From contig NW_003314400.1 of the NCBI RefSeq assembly GCF_000143415.4, forward strand, positions 268,064 through 332,063: a stretch of 64,000 nucleotides of DNA. Reading direction: 5' to 3'. The translations under genes and the position numbers were made by a program. A model generated the notes under the pieces. It saw nothing but the letters and a program-made list of their open reading frames with translations, did no database searches and was not told where the DNA came from. Positions 61,746-64,000 of this stretch are shown piece by piece; the first letter of the stretch is position 1; each line of letters starts with the position of its first letter. Origin of the DNA: Selaginella moellendorffii. Lineage: Eukaryota; Plantae; Lycopodiophyta.

Positions 61746-61999
61746 CTTTCTTCTAAAGGCTAAATTTCTAGGACATTTTTTGTACGAAAGTCCCAAAAAT
61801 TTCTCAAGCAATAAATGTTGTTTTTTATAGCATATTCATTTTTCTTAAGTGTGGTCCATTTTAATAGATTTTTACTTCACAAAATTTTGTTGACTATCAA
61901 TTCAAATTTAGAATTGATTCAATGTCTATTAACCCAATTATCAACAAGTGTATTTCTACCTATGGGTATCTAAACTTTATTGTGAACCATTAAAAGTTT

Positions 62000-64000
62000 T
62001 TACAATAGCATTTTTGCTTAATATTGCATAAAAGTTTAGCAATTATCTAGTAAATAAAATTTTATAAATATTTTACAGGTTATAATGCTCAGAATTTGTG
62101 TTTAGCATGGATAGGCAGACTATCTCTCTATATAGGAAAAATTCTAATATTATTTACTTTTTGTATAGGTGACTCCATAAATATAAGTCTACAGATCTTT
62201 TTATAGGGGATAAGGCTAAATTTATTATTTATCATATTATATTTTAACCACCTCACACAAATTCTAAAAATATTTACTAAGTTATGCAATCCTTGACTTA
62301 ATTATTGAAATGTTTTTACCTCCTATACAATTAAAAAAATGTTTGTTTTTCACACAAAATAATCCATTCTAAATTTGCAACGAGAATTGTTATATGTTCA
62401 TCAACACTAAATTCAAAAAAGGGGGTGAAATACTCGTAGGGAAATCCTTAATACCTCAAAGTGAGACCATTAATTATTTTGTGTGAAAAAAAACATGAAT
62501 TTGATGTTTTGCATCGATTCTTTTTATATTGTTAATGTCATAAAAAAGTTTTATAAATAATACTAACAAAGCTGTAGTTTTCTTGGAANNNNNNNNNNNN
62601 NNNNNNNNNNNNNNNNNNNNNNNNNNNNNNNNNNNNNNNNNNNNNNNNNNNNNNNNNNNNNNNNNNNNNNNNNNNNNNNNNNNNNNNNNNNNNNNNNNNN
62701 NNNNNNNNNNNNNNNNNNNNNNNNNNNNNNNNNNNNNNNNNNNNNNNNNNNNNNNNNNNNNNNNNNNNNNNNNNNNNNNNNNNNNNNNNNNNNNNNNNNN
62801 NNNNNNNNNNNNNNNNNNNNNNNNNNNNNNNNNNNNNNNNNNNNNNNNNNNNNNNNNNNNNNNNNNNNNNNNNNNNNNNNNNNNNNNNNNNNNNNNNNNN
62901 NNNNNNNNNNNNNNNNNNNNNNNNNNNNNNNNNNNNNNNNNNNNNNNNNNNNNNNNNNNNNNNNNNNNNNNNNNNNNNNNNNNNNNNNNNNNNNNNNNNN
63001 NNNNNNNNNNNNNNTTATGTGAAAAAAAGTATGAATTTGATGTTTAGGATTGATTATTTTTATATTGCTAATATCATAAGAAAATTTTACAAATAATGTT
63101 GGAAAAGCTGTAGCTTTTTTAAAAATCATTATATTTAATTTTTCAACAATATGATGTAATAGTGAAAATCCTTTTTGTAAAAGATATGGCAAAATTTGTT
63201 ATTAGTCATATCACAGTCTAACTACCTTGCATAAATTCTTAAACTATTTACCAAGTTATACAACCTTTGACATAATTAATATTATAATATTTATAAATCT
63301 CTTTCTTAAAATCTTTATACCTAATAAAGGTTTTAATAAAAAAATTATCATTAAACTTTTCTATTTACCATACAATTCAAATAATTGATAGAAATGATAT
63401 TGCAACAATAATTGTCATGCGTTTTTATCAACACCAATGTTAAAGAAGGGGGTGAAGCTTTAAGAAAATCCTTAGACTTCAAAGATGCCATGGCAATAAT
63501 AGGGAAGTCACCTAATGTAATTATTTTTGATAATTACATAATAATTTATTTTAATACAAATGATATTACAACAGGAATTGTTATGTGTTGTCATTAGCAT
63601 CAAGTTTAAGAAAAAAGGGGTTATGGTCTTAGAAAATCTTTACACCTCAAAGATGTCATAGATTATTTTGTATGAAAAAACAAATATGAACTTGGGTTTG
63701 GAATATGTTTGGCATTAGTTTTGTTTATATTTTTAATATTGTAAAAACGTTTATTAAATAATGTTGGAAAAACTAATGACTTTAACTTTCTTAGAAATCA
63801 TTATATTTAATTTTTCAACAATATCATATGATAGTGATGATTCTTTTTATTGAGGATAAAGCTAGATTTATTTTTAGTTATCTCATATTTTAATCACTTC
63901 ACAAAAATTCTTAAAATATTTACTAAGCTATACAACCCTCAACTTAATTAATTATTATCTCTCTTAAATATTTATATTTAATAATTTTTTTAATGGGAAA
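62000..64000 (+). repeat. AT-rich tandem array (period about 550-650 bp) of eroded glycine-zipper gene copies
   Basis: Recurring blocks at about 62480, 63015 and 63665 (tgtgaaaaaaa..atgaa.ttg) and at about 62400, 63427 and 63592 (atca.cac.aa.tt.aa.aagggg). Confidence 0.8.
62589..63014. other. Assembly gap
   Basis: Run of N. Confidence 1.

Noticed and set aside
62563-63192. ORFs spanning N runs (also 51699-52041)
   Set aside because: Artefacts of assembly gaps.

Overview
Gene-dense eukaryotic plant nuclear DNA with very short introns (about 45-90 nt) and many PLS-class PPR genes. These traits, plus a single-DUF26 receptor kinase, suggest a lycophyte such as Selaginella (inference). Contents in order: a disrupted UMP synthase 5' end; MED16; an ASPM/Asp homolog; a cluster of methylesterase-like (SABP2/MES) alpha/beta-hydrolases that all carry signal-peptide-like N-termini (5 apparently intact, plus pseudogenes); an mL80-like small protein; a single-DUF26 CRK; a membrane-tethered bZIP17/28-type factor; three intact PLS-E PPR genes; a small secreted-peptide ORF; an ERD7/senescence-domain gene; GPN3; a class B acid phosphatase plus pseudogene; a decayed Crinkler-like NTPase + nuclease gene; a RanBP2 zinc-finger gene; and an inverted pseudogenised copy of the ERD7-GPN3-PPR block. 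Most unusual is an unrecognised family of glycine-zipper/amphipathic-repeat ORFs (33.1, 48.5, 59.8, 61.6 kb). The seemingly non-coding AT-rich tail (62-64 kb) is a tandem array of eroded copies of this family, changed mostly by G>A and C>T substitutions. Exon boundaries and alignments were done by eye and no database searches were run.
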